Shown here: piece after piece, positions 14,562-26,446 of the stretch
Position numbering within the stretch: position 1 is the first letter of the stretch
Layout of the letters: every line of letters starts with the position of its first letter
Assembly (NCBI RefSeq): GCF_036365525.1
Contig: NC_090378.1
Span: 122,311,593 to 122,375,592 of the forward strand
Direction: 5' to 3'
Source of the DNA: Heterodontus francisci
Taxonomy: Eukaryota
Length of the DNA stretch: 64,000 nt
Program-made: the position numbers and the translations under genes
The notes under the pieces: model-generated
Databases searched by the model: none
Told to the model about the DNA's origin: nothing
Seen by the model: only the letters and a program-made list of their open reading frames with translations

Positions 14562-14672
14562 GGAGGTGTGTATCTCTTCACCAATCCATGCAGCTCCCTG
14601 CTCCCCCATCCTGAGGTCGGACTCCACGATTACATTTTGATGGTTTTCACCTTGTACTTTTTACTGATATGA

Positions 14673-17600
14673 TGGATGAACGGAGCCCTGGCTGGAGACT
14701 GTACTGGATGAATGGAGCCCTGGCTGGAGACTGCACTGGATGAATGGAGCCCTGGCTAGAGACTGCACTGGATGAATGGAGCCCTGACTGGAGACTGCAC
14801 TGGATGAATGGAGCCCTGGCTAGAGACTGCACTGGATGAATGGAGCCCTGACTGGAGACTGCACTGGATGAATGGAGCCCTGGCTAGAGACTGCACTGGA
14901 TGAATGGAGCCCTGGCTGGAGACTGAACTGGATGAACGGAGCCCTGGCTAGAGACTGAACTGGATGAACGGAGCCCTGGCTAGAGACTGCACTGGATGAA
15001 TGGAGCCCTGACTGGAGACTGAACTGGATGAACGGAGCCCTGGCTAGAGACTGCACTGGATGAATGGAGCCCTGGCTGGAGACTGCACTGGATGAATGGA
15101 GCCCTGGCTAGAGACTGCACTGGATGAATGGAGCCCTGACTGGAGACTGCACTGGATGAATGGAGCCCTGGCTAGAGACTGCACTGGATGAATGGAGCCC
15201 TGGCTAGAGACTGCACTGGATGAATGGAGCCCTGGCTGGAGACTGCACTGGATGAATGGAGCCCTGGCTAGAGACTGCACTGGATGAATGGAGCTCTGGC
15301 TGGAGACTGCACTGGATGAATGGAGCCTTGGCAGGTGACGGCACTGGATGAATGGAGCCCTGGCTAGAGACTGCACTGGATGAATGGAGCCCTGGCTGGA
15401 GACTGCACTGGATGAATGGAGCCCTGGCTAGAGACTGCACTGGATGAATGGAGCCCTGGCTAGAGACTGCACTGGATGAATGGAGCCCTGGCTGGAGACT
15501 GCACTGGATGAATGGAGCCCTGGCTAGAGACTGCACTGGATGAATGGAGCCCTGGCTAGAGACTGCACTGGATGAATGGAGCCCTGGCTGGAGACTGCAC
15601 TGGATGAATGGAGCCCTGGCTAGAGACTGCACTGGATGAATGGAGCTCTGGCTGGAGACTGCACTGGATGAATGGAGCCTTGGCAGGTGACGGCACTGGA
15701 TGAATGGAGCCCTGGCTAGAGACTGCACTGGATGAATGGAGCCCTGGCTGGAGACTGCACTGGATGAATGGAGCCCTGGCTCGAGACTGCACTGGATGAA
15801 TGGAGCCCTGGCTGGAGACTGCACTGGATGAATGGAGCCCTGGCTGGAGACTGCACTGGATGAATGGAGCCCTGGCTGGAGACTGCACTGGATGAATGGA
15901 GCCCTGGCTAGAGACTGCACTGGATGAATGGAGCCCTGGCTAGAGACTGCACTGGATGAATGGAGCCCTGACTGGAGACTGCACTGGATGAATGGAGCCC
16001 TGGCTGGAGACTGCACTGGATGAATGGAGCCCTGGCTAGAGACTGCACTGGATGAATGGAGCCCTGACTGGAGACTGCACTGGATGAATGGAGCCCTGGC
16101 TAGAGACTGCACTGGATGAATGGAGCCCTGGCTAGAGACTGCACTGGATGAATGGAGCCCTGGCTGGAGACTGCACTGGATGAATGGAGCCCTGGCTAGA
16201 GACTGCACTGGATGAATGGAGCTCTGGCTGGAGACTGCACTGGATGAATGGAGCCTTGGCAGGTGACGGCACTGGATGAATGGAGCCCTGGCTAGAGACT
16301 GCACTGGATGAATGGAGCCCTGGCTGGAGACGGCACTGGATGAATGGAGCCCTGGCTAGAGACTGCACTGGATGAATGGAGCCCTGGCTAGAGACTGCAC
16401 TGGATGAATGGAGCCCTGGCTGGAGACTGCACTGGATGAATGGAGCCCTGGCTAGAGACTGCACTGGATGAATGGAGCCCTGGCTAGAGACTGCACTGGA
16501 TGAATGGAGCCCTGGCTGGAGACTGCACTGGATGAATGGAGCCCTGGCTAGAGACTGCACTGGATGAATGGAGCTCTGGCTGGAGACTGCACTGGATGAA
16601 TGGAGCCTTGGCAGGTGACGGCACTGGATGAATGGAGCCCTGGCTAGAGACTGCACTGGATGAATGGAGCCCTGGCTGGAGACTGCACTGGATGAATGGA
16701 GCCCTGGCTAGAGACTGCACTGGATGAATGGAGCCCTGGCTGGAGACTGCACTGGATGAATGGAGCCCTGGCTGGAGACTGCATTGGATGAATGGAGCCC
16801 TGGCTAGAGACTGCACTGGATGAATGGAGCCCTGGCTGGAGACTGCACTGGATGAATGGAGCCCTGGCTGGAGACTGCACTGGATGAATGGAGCCTTGGC
16901 TGGAGACGGCACTGGATGAATGGAGCACTGGCTGGAGACTGCACTGGATGAATGGAGCTCTGGCTGAAGACTGCAATGGATGAATGGAGCCCTGGCTGGA
17001 GACTGCACTGGATGAATGGAGCCCTGTCTGGAGACTGCAATGGATGAATGGAGCCCTGGCTGGAGACTGCACTGGATGAATGGAGCCCTGGCTAGAGACT
17101 GCACTCGATGAAATGAGCCCTGGCTGGAGACTGCACTGCATGAATGGAGCCCTGGCTAGAGACTGCACTGAATGAATGGAGCCTTGGCTGGAGATGGCAC
17201 TGGATGAGTGGAGCCCAGGCTGGAGACTGCACTGGATGAATGGAGCCCTGGCTGGAGACTGCACTGGATGAATGGAGCCCTGGCTCGAGACTGCACTGGA
17301 TGAATGGATCCCTGACTGGAGACGGCACTGGATGAATCGAGCCCTGGCTGAAGAATGAACTGGATGAATGGAGCCCACACTGGAGACGGCACTGGACGAA
17401 CGGAGCCCTGACTGGAGACTGCACTGGATGAATGGAGCCCTGGCTGGAGACTGCACTGGATGAATGGAGCCTTGACCGGAGACGGCACTGGCTGAATGGA
17501 GCCCTGGTTGGAGACTGAACGGGATGAATGGAGCCCTGACTGGAGATGCCACTGGATGAACGGAGCCCTGACTGGAGACTGCACTGGATGAATGGAGCCC

Positions 17601-20300
17601 TGGCTGGAGACTGCACTGGATGAATGGAGCCTTGACCGGAGACTGCACTGGATGAATGGAGCCCTGGCTGGAGACTGCACTGGATGAATGGAGCCCTGAC
17701 TGGAGACGGCACTGGATGAATCGAGCCCTGGCTGACGACTGAACTGGATGAATGGAGCCCTGACATGAGACGGCACTGGATGAATGGAGCCCTGACTGGA
17801 GACTGCACTGGATGAATGGAGCCTTGACCGGAGACTGCACTGGATGAATGGAGCCCTGACTGGAGACTGCACTGGAGGAATGGAGCCCTCGCTGAAGACC
17901 GAACTGGATGAATGGAGACCGGACTTGAGACGGCACTGGATGAATCGAGCCCTGGCTGAAGACTGAACTTGATGATTGGAGCCCTGGCTGGAGACGGCAC
18001 TGGATGATCGGAGCCCTGGCTGGAGACTGCACTGGATGAATGGAGGGCTGGCTGGAGACTGCATTGGATGAATGGAGCCCTGGCTGCAGACGGCACTGGA
18101 TGAATTGAGCCCTGGCTGTAGACGGCACTGGATGAATGGAGCCCTGGCTGGAGATGGCACTGGATGAATGGAGCCCTGGCTGGAGACTGCACTGGATGAA
18201 TGGAGCCCTGACTGGAGACTGCACTGGATGAATTGAGCCCTGGCTGGAGACTGACTGCATGAATGGAGCCCTGGCTAGAGACTGCACTGAATGAATGGAG
18301 CCTTGGCTGGAGACGGCACTGGATGAATGGAGCCCTGGCTGGAGACTGCACTGGATGAATGGAGCCCTGGCTGGAGACTGCACTGAATGAATGGAGCCCT
18401 GGCTCGAGACTGCACTGGATGAATGGAGCCCTGGCTGGAGACTGCACTGGATGAATGGAGCCCTGGCTCGAGACTGCACTGGATGAATGGAGCCCTGACT
18501 GGAGACGGCACTGGATGAATCGAGCCCTGGCTGAAGACTGAACTGGATGAATGGAGCCCTGACTTGAGACGGCACTGGACGAACGGAGCCCTGACTGGAG
18601 ACTGCACTGGATGAATGGAGCCCTGGCTGGAGACTGCACTGGATAAATGGAGCCTTGACCGGAGACGGCACTGGATGAATGGAGCCCTGGCTGGAGACGG
18701 AACTGGATGAATGGAGCCCTGACTGGAGACGCCACTGGATGAACGGAGCCCTGACTGGAGACTGCACTGGATGAATGGAGCCCTGGCTTGAGACTGCACT
18801 GGATGAATGGAGCCTTGACCGGAGACTGCACTGGATGAATGGAGCCCTGGCTGGAGACTGCACTGGATGAATGTAGCCCTGACTGGAGACAGCACTGGAT
18901 GAATCGAGCCCTGGCTGAAGACTGAACTGGATGAATGGAGCCCTGACATGAGACGGCACTGGATGAATGGAGCCCTGACTGGAGACTGCACTGGATGAAT
19001 GGAGCCCTGACTGGAGACTGCACTGGAGGAATGGAGCCCTCGCTGAAGACCGAACTGGATGAATGGAGACCTGACTTGAGATGGCACTGGATGAATCGAG
19101 CCCTGACTGAAGACTGAACTTGATGATTGGAGCCCTGGCTGGAGACCGCACTGGATGAATGGAGCCCTGGCTGAAGACTTAACTGGATGAATGGAGCCCT
19201 GGCTGGAGGCTGCACTGGATGAATGGAGCCCTGGCTGGAGACTGCACTGGATGAATGGAGGGCTGGCTGGAGACTGCACTGGATGAATGGAGCCCTGGCT
19301 GCAGACGGCACTGGATGAATTGAGCCCTGGCTGAAGACGGCACTGGATGAATGGGGCCCTGGCTGGAGATGGCACTGGATGAATGGAGCCCTGGCTGGAG
19401 ACTGCACTGGATGAATGGAGACCTGACTGGAGACTGCACTGGATGAATTGAGCCCTGGCTGGAGACTGCACTGCATGAATGGAGCCCTGGCTAGAGACTG
19501 CACTGAATGAATGGAGCCTTGGCTGGAGATGGCACTGGATGAATGGGGCCCTGGCTGGAGACTGCACTGGTTGAATGGAGCCCTGGCTGGAGACTGCACT
19601 CGATGAATGGAGCCCTGGCTCGAGACTGCACTGGATGAATGGAGCCCTGACTGGAGACGGCACTGGATGAATCGAGCCCTGGCTGAAGACTGAACTGGAT
19701 GAATGGAGCCCTGACTGGAGACGGCACTGGATGAACGGAGCCCTGACTGGAGACTGCACTGGATGAATGGAGCCATGGCTAGAGACTGCACTGGATGTTT
19801 GGAGCCTTGACCGGAGACTGCACTGGATGAATGGAGTCCTGGCTGAAGACAAAACTGGATGAATGGAGCCCTGACTGGAGACGGCACTGGATGAACGGAG
19901 CCCTGACTGGAGACTGCACTGGATGAATGGAGCCCTGGCTGGAGACGGCACTGGATCAACGGAGCCCTTACTGGAGACTGCACTGGATGAATGGAGCCCT
20001 GACTGGAGACTGCACTGGATGAATGGAGCCCTGGCTGGAGACGGCACTGGATGAACGGAGCCCTGACTGGAGACTGCACTGGATGAATGGAGCCCCGGCT
20101 GGAGACTGCACTGGATGAATTGTGCTCTGGCTGGAGACTGCACTGGATGAATGGATCCCTGGCTGGAGACTGCACTGGATGAATGGAGCCCCGGATGGAG
20201 ACTGCATTGGATGAATGGAGCCCTGGCTGGCGTCTGCACTGGATGAATGGAGCCCCGGTTGGAGACTGCACTGGATGAATTTTGCTCTGTCTGGAGACTG
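14673..20300. repeat. 32-bp tandem satellite array, about 176 units
   Basis: Consensus CTGGATGAATGGAGCCCTGGCT(G/A)GAGACTGCA. Homogeneous to about 16.9 kb, more diverged afterwards. Confidence 0.97.
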
Positions 20301-20434
20301 ATGAGTATAAATGTTACTGCAAACACTGAGCCATGGCTGATACTTTACATGCAGCAAGGGTTCGAGTGTAATTCCACTATTGTATTAGAAATTGGGCAGG
20401 AACAGGCGCACTCCAGATCTATAGACTCCTGTCT

Positions 20435-20880
20435 TCAATGACTGAGCATCCACTGCTCTCTGGGAAACAGAATTCCAAAGATTCACAACCCCTTGAGTGA
20501 AGAACTTTCTCCTGATCTCAATCCGAAATGGCCGACCCCTTATTCTGAGACTGTGACCCCTTGTTCTAGATTCCCCAGCCAGGGGAAAACATCCTCCCAG
20601 TATCTACCCTGTCAGTCACATTAAAAATTGTATATCTTTCAATCAGATCACCTCTCATTCTTCTACATTTCAGGGAATAATATCCCAGTCGACTCAATCT
20701 CTCCTCATAGGACAATCCCCTCATCCCAGGAATCAGTCTGGTGAATCTTTGCTGCTCTCCTTCCAAGGTCAGAATATCCTTCCTTTGGTAAAGAGACCAA
20801 AACTGTCCACAGTTCTCCAGGTGTGGTCTCAGCAAGGTCCGATCCAACTGCAATAAGACTTCTTCACTCTTCCATGTACA
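20435..20880 (-). mobile_element. CR1-clade LINE fragment (ORF2 C-terminal region)
   Basis: ORF 20566-20913 reads EEVLLQLDRTLLRPHLENCGQFWSLYQRKDILTLEGEQQRFTRLIPGMRGLSYEERLSRLGYYSLKCRRMRGDLIE, the typical CR1 ORF2 C-terminal signature. Confidence 0.9.
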
Positions 20881-20894
20881 GGAGCTGACACAGA

Positions 20895-21015
20895 GTCTCT
20901 GTCTCCATCTCACTCCCTCTCACTCCCTCTCTCTCTCTCTCCATCTCAGTCCCTCTCACTCCCTCTCTCTCTCTCTCCATCTCACTCTCTCTTTTTCTCT
21001 CTCTCAATCTCTGTC
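20895..21015. repeat. CT-rich low-complexity/microsatellite tract
   Basis: (CT)n runs interspersed with CACTCC/CATCT. Confidence 0.85.
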
Positions 21016-21302
21016 CCGTCTTCTACCTCTGAAGGTGTTCTATGGGTGTGAGTGTTTAATATAAGGTGGTGTTTGTCAGTATATTTTCACTGCCGTATGA
21101 TTTATGAACATGGTGAGAGGGGATTAGGGATCTGTTCTTTGATGTGAGGCAGTGATGTCTGTCCTAGTGACTCAGACTGTGATGCTGTTGTTTTCTGTGA
21201 CTGACACTATGATATCGATTGTAATTTCACTCAGTGTGACAGGAGGTTACATGGCTTGATCAGTGGTGAGGGCGGAGCAGACTGAACAAGGAGCTGTAAT
21301 CG

Positions 21303-21393
21303 TCAGTCACTGCCGAACACCTTCACACACACCGCACCGTCCGGAAACTTCTTCACTAAATATTCTTTCAGCTCCTTAATTACAGCCCTGGAC
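21303..21393 (-). CDS. Putative terminal coding exon of an unidentified gene (SRAVIKELKEYLVKKFPDGAVCVKVFGSD*)
   Basis: Minus-strand acceptor gtctttctctttttccctttttcag|G at 21394/21393. One of three frames stays open for 29 codons to TGA (21305-21303). ATTAAA on the minus strand at 21060-21055. Lies in apparently unique sequence; no upstream exon identified. Confidence 0.35.
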
Positions 21394-21559
21394 CTGAAAA
21401 AGGGAAAAAGAGAAAGACATCTTTTAGAGAGGGTCCTGGACACAATGTAGACTGTGCATTACCCACTAATGACACTACGTCCACATTTAACTCATTGTTT
21501 AAACTCCAGCACACCTCCTGTTCCAATCCACATGTTTCAGCCAAAAAGCAGTATAATTC

Positions 21560-21600
21560 TACAGCACAGGAGGAGGCCGTTCAGCCCCTCGTCTCTCTTT
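21560..21600 (-). mobile_element. CR1 LINE / CR1-tailed SINE 3'-end remnant
   Basis: Reverse complement GGGCTGAACGGCCTCCTCCTGTGCTGT matches the + strand CR1 tail at 23171-23198 (GGGCTGAACAGCCTCCTCCTGTTCCTAT). Confidence 0.6.
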
Positions 21601-21649
21601 CAGCTGTTTGCTCGAGTAATTCACGACTAACATCTCAGTTTAACATCTG

Positions 21650-21960
21650 TTTTGGGGAAGTTATTTGAATCTGTTATTAGGGACAGAATGACTGACAAAT
21701 AGAAACTGATCAGAGAGAGTCAGCACGGATTTAAAAAGGGTGAAACATGTTTAACTAATCGAGTTGTATTTTTTGAAGAGGTCACTAATGTGGTAGATAA
21801 GGGAATGTCTATGGATGTTATTTATATGGATTTCCAGAAGGCATTTGAGAAGGTTCCACACAAGAGACTGTTCGCAAAATAGAAGCATATGGAATGTGAG
21901 GAAACCTTTTGACATGGGTAAGGAATTGGTTAGGAGGTAGGAGACAGAGAGTCGGGATAA
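21650..21960 (+). mobile_element. CR1 LINE fragment, N-terminal part of the reverse transcriptase domain
   Basis: Translates as RESQHGFKKG...FEEVTNVVDKGMSMDVIYMDFQKAFEKVPHKRL...RRQRVGI, with stops and frameshifts. Confidence 0.9.
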
Positions 21961-21964
21961 TGTG

Positions 21965-22395
21965 AGGCAAGATGAGGCAACATCGAGGTGTTGCTGGAAC
22001 AGGAGCCAATGTAGGTCAGTGATCACAGTGATGGGGGAATGTGACATGGTCTGGGTTCAGACATGGGCAGCAGAGTTTTGGATCAGCTCTAGTTTACAGA
22101 GGATGGTAACTGTGATGCGAACAGGAGAACATTGGAATAGTCAAGTCGAGAGGTAACAAAGGCATGGATGAGTGTTTCAGCAGTAGATGAGCTGAGGCAG
22201 GGAGGACTCGGACGAGGTTACGGAGGTGGAAATAGGTGGTTTTAATGATGATGTGGTTTATGTGGTCAGTAACACATCTCAGGGTCAAATACAACACCAT
22301 GGCTGTGAACTGCCTGGTTCAGTCTCAGACAATCCCTGGGAGAGGGATGGAATCAGTGGCTCGGGAATGGAGTTTGTGACGGGGACCGAAGACAA
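21965..22395 (-). mobile_element. L2-clade LINE fragment
   Basis: Minus ORF 22094-22300 has KTTYFHLRNLVR; the adjacent frame gives ETLIHAFVTSRLDYSN, a typical L2 ORF2 C-terminal motif. Confidence 0.75.
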
Positions 22396-23200
22396 TGGCA
22401 GATGGAGTTCAATGTGGACAGTGTGAGGTCATCCAGTTTGGACCTGAGAAAGATAAATCAGAGTAATTTCTAAATGGTGAGAAGCTGGAAACTGTGGAGG
22501 AACAGAGAGATTTAGGGGTCCAAGTACAGAAAGCATTAAAATCTAGTGACAGGTATAAAATATATTGAATAAGGCAAATGGAATGTTAGTCTTTCCATCA
22601 AGGGGACTGGAATACAAAGGGGTTTTACTCCAGTTGTATAAAGCTCTGGTTTAACTGCATCTGGAGTAACTGTGTTCAGTTCTGGGCCCCGCACCTCAGG
22701 AAGGAGAGATTGGCCTTGGAGGGGGTGCAGCACAGATTCACCAGAATGATACCGGGACTGAAAGGGTTAAATTATCAGGACAGACTGTATAGACTAGGCT
22801 TGTATTCCCTTGAGTTTAGAGAATTTAGGGGTGATCTCATTGAGGTATTTAAGATGAATAAAGGATTAAGATGATTCAGAGAGATGGAGAGAAACTGTTT
22901 CCTCTGGTGAGGGAGTCGAGAACAAGGGGACATAATCTTAATATTAGAGCTCGGGGTGATGTCAGGAGGCATTTCTTCACATAAAGGCGAGTGGAAATCG
23001 GGAACTCTCTCCCTCATAAAGCTGTTGAGGCTGAAGATCAATTTAAACATTTAACAATGAGCTTGATAGATTTTGTTGGGTCGGAGTATTGTGGGTTATG
23101 CAACCAAGGCAGGGAGATGGAGATCAGAGACAGATCAGATGATCAAACTGGAGGATAGAACAGGCTCGATGGGCTGAACAGCCTCCTCCTGTTCCTATAT
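22396..23200 (+). mobile_element. CR1 LINE fragment, RT C-terminus through 3' tail
   Basis: WQMEFNVD, QRDLGVQV, VQFWAPHLRK, LEGVQHRFTRMIPGLKGLNYQDRLYRLGLYSLEFR and RGDLIEVFKM motifs. Ends in the CR1 tail GGGCTGAACAGCCTCCTCCTGTTCCTAT. Confidence 0.9.
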
Positions 23201-23439
23201 TCCCAATCCCACTACCCTGCTCTATCCCCATAGTCCTGTATTCTCCTCAGATTCACATGTTTATTGAGTACAATTTGAATAAAAACCTGAAGTTTAATCC
23301 CCGAGAGGCTGCTGAATGTTTAGTGAATTCTCGGTTTTGATTTCAGATTTCTACTATCTGTAGTTTTTAGTTTCCAAACGCTGTTGATTGTTTTAATTCA
23401 AGGGTTTATCGATCTGCATTTCCACTTTCAAGGAATGAT

Positions 23440-23700
23440 GTAATTGAACCCGAGATCTCTCTGCTTCTACACTTCCTTCATCAGCTTTTCACTCCTTTTC
23501 CTTCCAAAACCCATCATCTCAAACCCCTCGCCATTGAATTGTGTCAGTCTCCGATCTGTCCCTTCCCTGATCCCTCTCCCCGAGTCTTTGTCTCTTCTCC
23601 TCCCTGTTTGTCAAACCTCTCCTTCTGTGTAATCAGCACATTCCAATGATCGTGCTCCCTCTGTCCAAGACCAAATCATCGATATATATCAGCAACAAGT
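23440..23700 (-). mobile_element. Old CR1 RT fragment
   Basis: Reverse complement gives IYIDDL (about 23690-23673), a decayed ADD-like motif and RDLG (about 23460-23449). Heavily diverged. Confidence 0.5.
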
Positions 23701-23709
23701 CACCTCTTT

Positions 23710-24345
23710 AATGTAGAGAAACATCGCACGCCACCTCACATGACATCAGGAAAACAGACACAAGTGATACAGAGAGATTAGGAAGGGTGACCAAATGCTT
23801 GGTTAAAGATGTGGGTTTTAAGGAGGGTGAAGTGTTTCAAGGAGACCAAGGTTAAAGGAGGTTCTAGATATGGGGGGTGGGTCCAGACTACGGAGGGATT
23901 TAAATCCAGAGAGTAGAATTTTACATTCAAATTTGAGGGTGTCTGGGGATGGAAGCCCAATGTAGGTCAGCATGGACCGGGGTGATGGGTGAACAGGACT
24001 TGGTTTGGAACAGGATATAGAGAGCAGAGCTTCGGATGAGCTGAAGAATACAGAGAGTGGAGGATGGCAGTCTGGTCAGGAGAGCACTGGAATAGTAAAG
24101 TTGGAGGTGACAAAGACATGAAGAAGAGTTTCAGTAGCGGAAGGAGTGAGGGAGGGGCAGAGATGGGCAATGTTACAGAGGGGAAAGTGGATAATCATTG
24201 AGATGTGGAGGATTTGGGGTCAGATCAGGGTCAAAGATGAGACTAAGGTTGTAAAGAGTCTGGTTCGGCAGCAGACAGTGCTCAGGGAGAGGGATGGAGT
24301 TTGTACCAGGAACTGAAGACAATGGCTTTGATCTTCCCAATGTGT
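23710..24345 (-). mobile_element. L2-clade LINE 3' fragment
   Basis: Minus ORF ends LLKTHIFNQAFGHPS (L2 C-terminus pattern LKT.LF..AF). Internal sequence is homologous to 21965-22395. Confidence 0.7.
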
Positions 24346-24400
24346 TCCCCAGTGAGACTGGGTCCTCAGTGCTGACTGCTCTTAGCTGCTGTTATTTTCA

Positions 24401-24575
24401 CTGATTGGACGGTTATTATTAGAGACTCCGACCACAGCAGAAATCCCCAATGTAAAAAATAACTGCAAAGACTGTCAGATCGGAAGATTGAAACTTAACT
24501 AACAGAGGAAGTGAAAGAAGGAGCTCGGAGCAGCTGGACGTTTGTTAATGACACGGGACAAAACTGTGAACCGCA
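24401..24575. promoter_or_regulatory. Candidate lymphoid enhancer/promoter motif cluster
   Basis: CTGATTGG (inverted CCAAT) 24401, RUNX ACCACA 24431, NF-kB-like GAAATCCCC 24440, perfect Ets-IRF composite GGAAGTGAAA 24507-24516, E-box CAGCTG 24531, RUNX ACCGCA 24570. Sits in unique DNA between two TE remnants. Confidence 0.4.
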
Positions 24576-24589
24576 CACACTACCTAGAA

Positions 24590-24720
24590 TCTTACAGCAC
24601 AGAAGGAGGCCATTCAGCCCATCGTGCCTGTGAGCTACCCAATTACTCCCACTGCCCCTCTCCAGCCCCATAACCCAGCAAATCTTTCCTTTTCAGGTCT
24701 ATCTCCAATTCCCTCTTGTA
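24590..24720 (-). mobile_element. CR1 LINE / CR1-tailed SINE 3'-end remnant
   Basis: ACAGCACAGAAGGAGGCCATTCAGCCCATCGTGCCTGT is the reverse complement of the CR1 tail. Confidence 0.65.
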
Positions 24721-24754
24721 GACCTGGGCCCACAGTACGAGACTGTCCCTAACC

Positions 24755-25717
24755 TGGGCTTGAAATTGGCATCTCATTCATTCATTGGAAGACAAAATGC
24801 CTGGTGTGGGAAATGGAGCTCAGGACTCGGAACATTCCCTCTCCCCTCCTGAGGGACACTTCATGCTGGGGTAACAGTTCCATGGGCCCCGACAGCACAT
24901 TCCTACCTCACTCACTTCCCCATTCTGTGGGTGAACAATATGGTGGTCACACATGTGGTCCCCGTGCCGCCATGCTACCACGATCGACCGCACGGCGGCC
25001 CAACATAAAACGATGGTCGTGCTGCCCCCTCAATCACGTGGAGGGTGGGTGCTCTGCCACGCTGGCAACAGCATCAGCTGCCTTTACACAGGTGCTGGTG
25101 CCATTTTGAAAGGACAGCCAGTCCTGCTGCTACATTTACATTTTTAATGGCCTAACCCCTCCCCACCCAATGAACTGCAAAATAAACTCTCGCCCCTTCC
25201 CCCCAATAACAATTAAATGTAATGGTTGTCCTCCTCTCCCCCAACAAAACACTTACCAGCAAGACTTGACCTTTCCCCCCAAACTGATCAAAGTTCAGAG
25301 GTCACCCCTTCCCACCCTCCCCTACACTATTAATGCTGATTGGACCCTGATCCCCCTCTCACTGCACTAAAGGTCCTAAGTCTCCCCCCATCCCCACCTC
25401 GGTGGTGCCAGTTTTCCCTGGACGGGGAAGTGAAGGTGTGAGGGCCGGCCGCCGCTCGGAAGATCGCGGGCAGCCGGGAAGATTGCTGTTGATTTTATTT
25501 AAATTTATTCATTTACTTAATTTAAATATGTAAAGTCGGATCCCGTCACCCAGCAGCGGAGGGACCGCCCTGGAGCCACGTCACCACCAGGAAGATCGGG
25601 TCCGACACTCCTGGCGTCGGACTCCGTGTCCGGCCGCTGTCAGAATGATCTTCCGGCCCCCCCGCCACCATCCCCCGCCACGGATCCCGACATCGGGACC
25701 TCAACAAAATCCCAGCC
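24755..25717. mobile_element. Harbinger-like non-autonomous element remnant
   Basis: Ends AAAATCCCAGCC (25706-25717). Its 3' ~250 bp aligns by eye with 29120-29336. Left boundary is uncertain. Confidence 0.45.
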
Positions 25718-25809
25718 TACATGTGTAAACCTGGACCCTGTTAGCAGGATATTTGACTGCAGGGGCCATCACAACTGTGTCCAATTCTGTCCCCACCTGA
25801 AATCCACAC

Positions 25810-26440
25810 ACAACTTGCATTTATATAGCACCTTTAAAGTACAAAACATCACAAGATGCTTCACAGAGCCACAGTAAGAGGAACGGGGTAGGGGGTGAGG
25901 AGACTTTCGGAAGAGTGATCAAAGTCTTGGGTGAAAGGATGGAGTTTGATGGAGCAGAGAGAGACCTGGAGAGGGGGAGGGATTAATGGCGGGAGTTCAG
26001 AGAGCAGGGCCGAGGCATCTGAAGGCTCTGCTGTCAATGGTGGGATGAAGGAAGCAGCGATGGGCAGGAGAGGCGAGTTAGAAGATGGAAGAGTGAGGGA
26101 GGGAATGTGAGTCTGCAGCAGGAGGCAGAGGGTAGGGAGGAGGGAAACAGAGGTCAGTGAGGTCAGGGTAGTAGGTCAGTGAGGTCAGGGGTAGTGTTGG
26201 AACGGCACTTGGTGTCAGACAGTGTACTGACCACTGCATTTCAGACAAGTCGGGGTTTATGGAGAGTGGATGAAAGAAGCCGGCAGCAGACATGGGAATA
26301 ATCAAGTTTGGAGACAAGATGAGCAGGGATAAGGGTTTGTGTGGTCAAGGGGCTGATGGAGTGTAGAGACAGGCAATGTTGTGGGGACAGAAATAAGAGG
26401 CTCACATGATGGAGAGGATGTGGGGTTTGAAGCTCAACTA
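25810..26440 (-). mobile_element. L2-clade LINE 3' fragment
   Basis: Starts with CAACTTGCATTTATATAGCACCTTT...CTTCACAG (reverse-complemented L2/SINE-type tail) and is similar to 23710-24345. Confidence 0.55.
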
Positions 26441-26446
26441 CTTTAG

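Noticed and set aside
14647-20357. Minus-strand ORFs (ARAPFIQCSLQPGLHSSSAVSSQGSIHPVQS)n
   Set aside because: The same peptide appears in all three frames because the unit is 32 bp; no evidence of coding constraint.
24346-24410. MHC-type S-X-Y promoter module
   Set aside because: The Y-box CTGATTGG is present, but there is no convincing X box at the required spacing and no MHC exon nearby.
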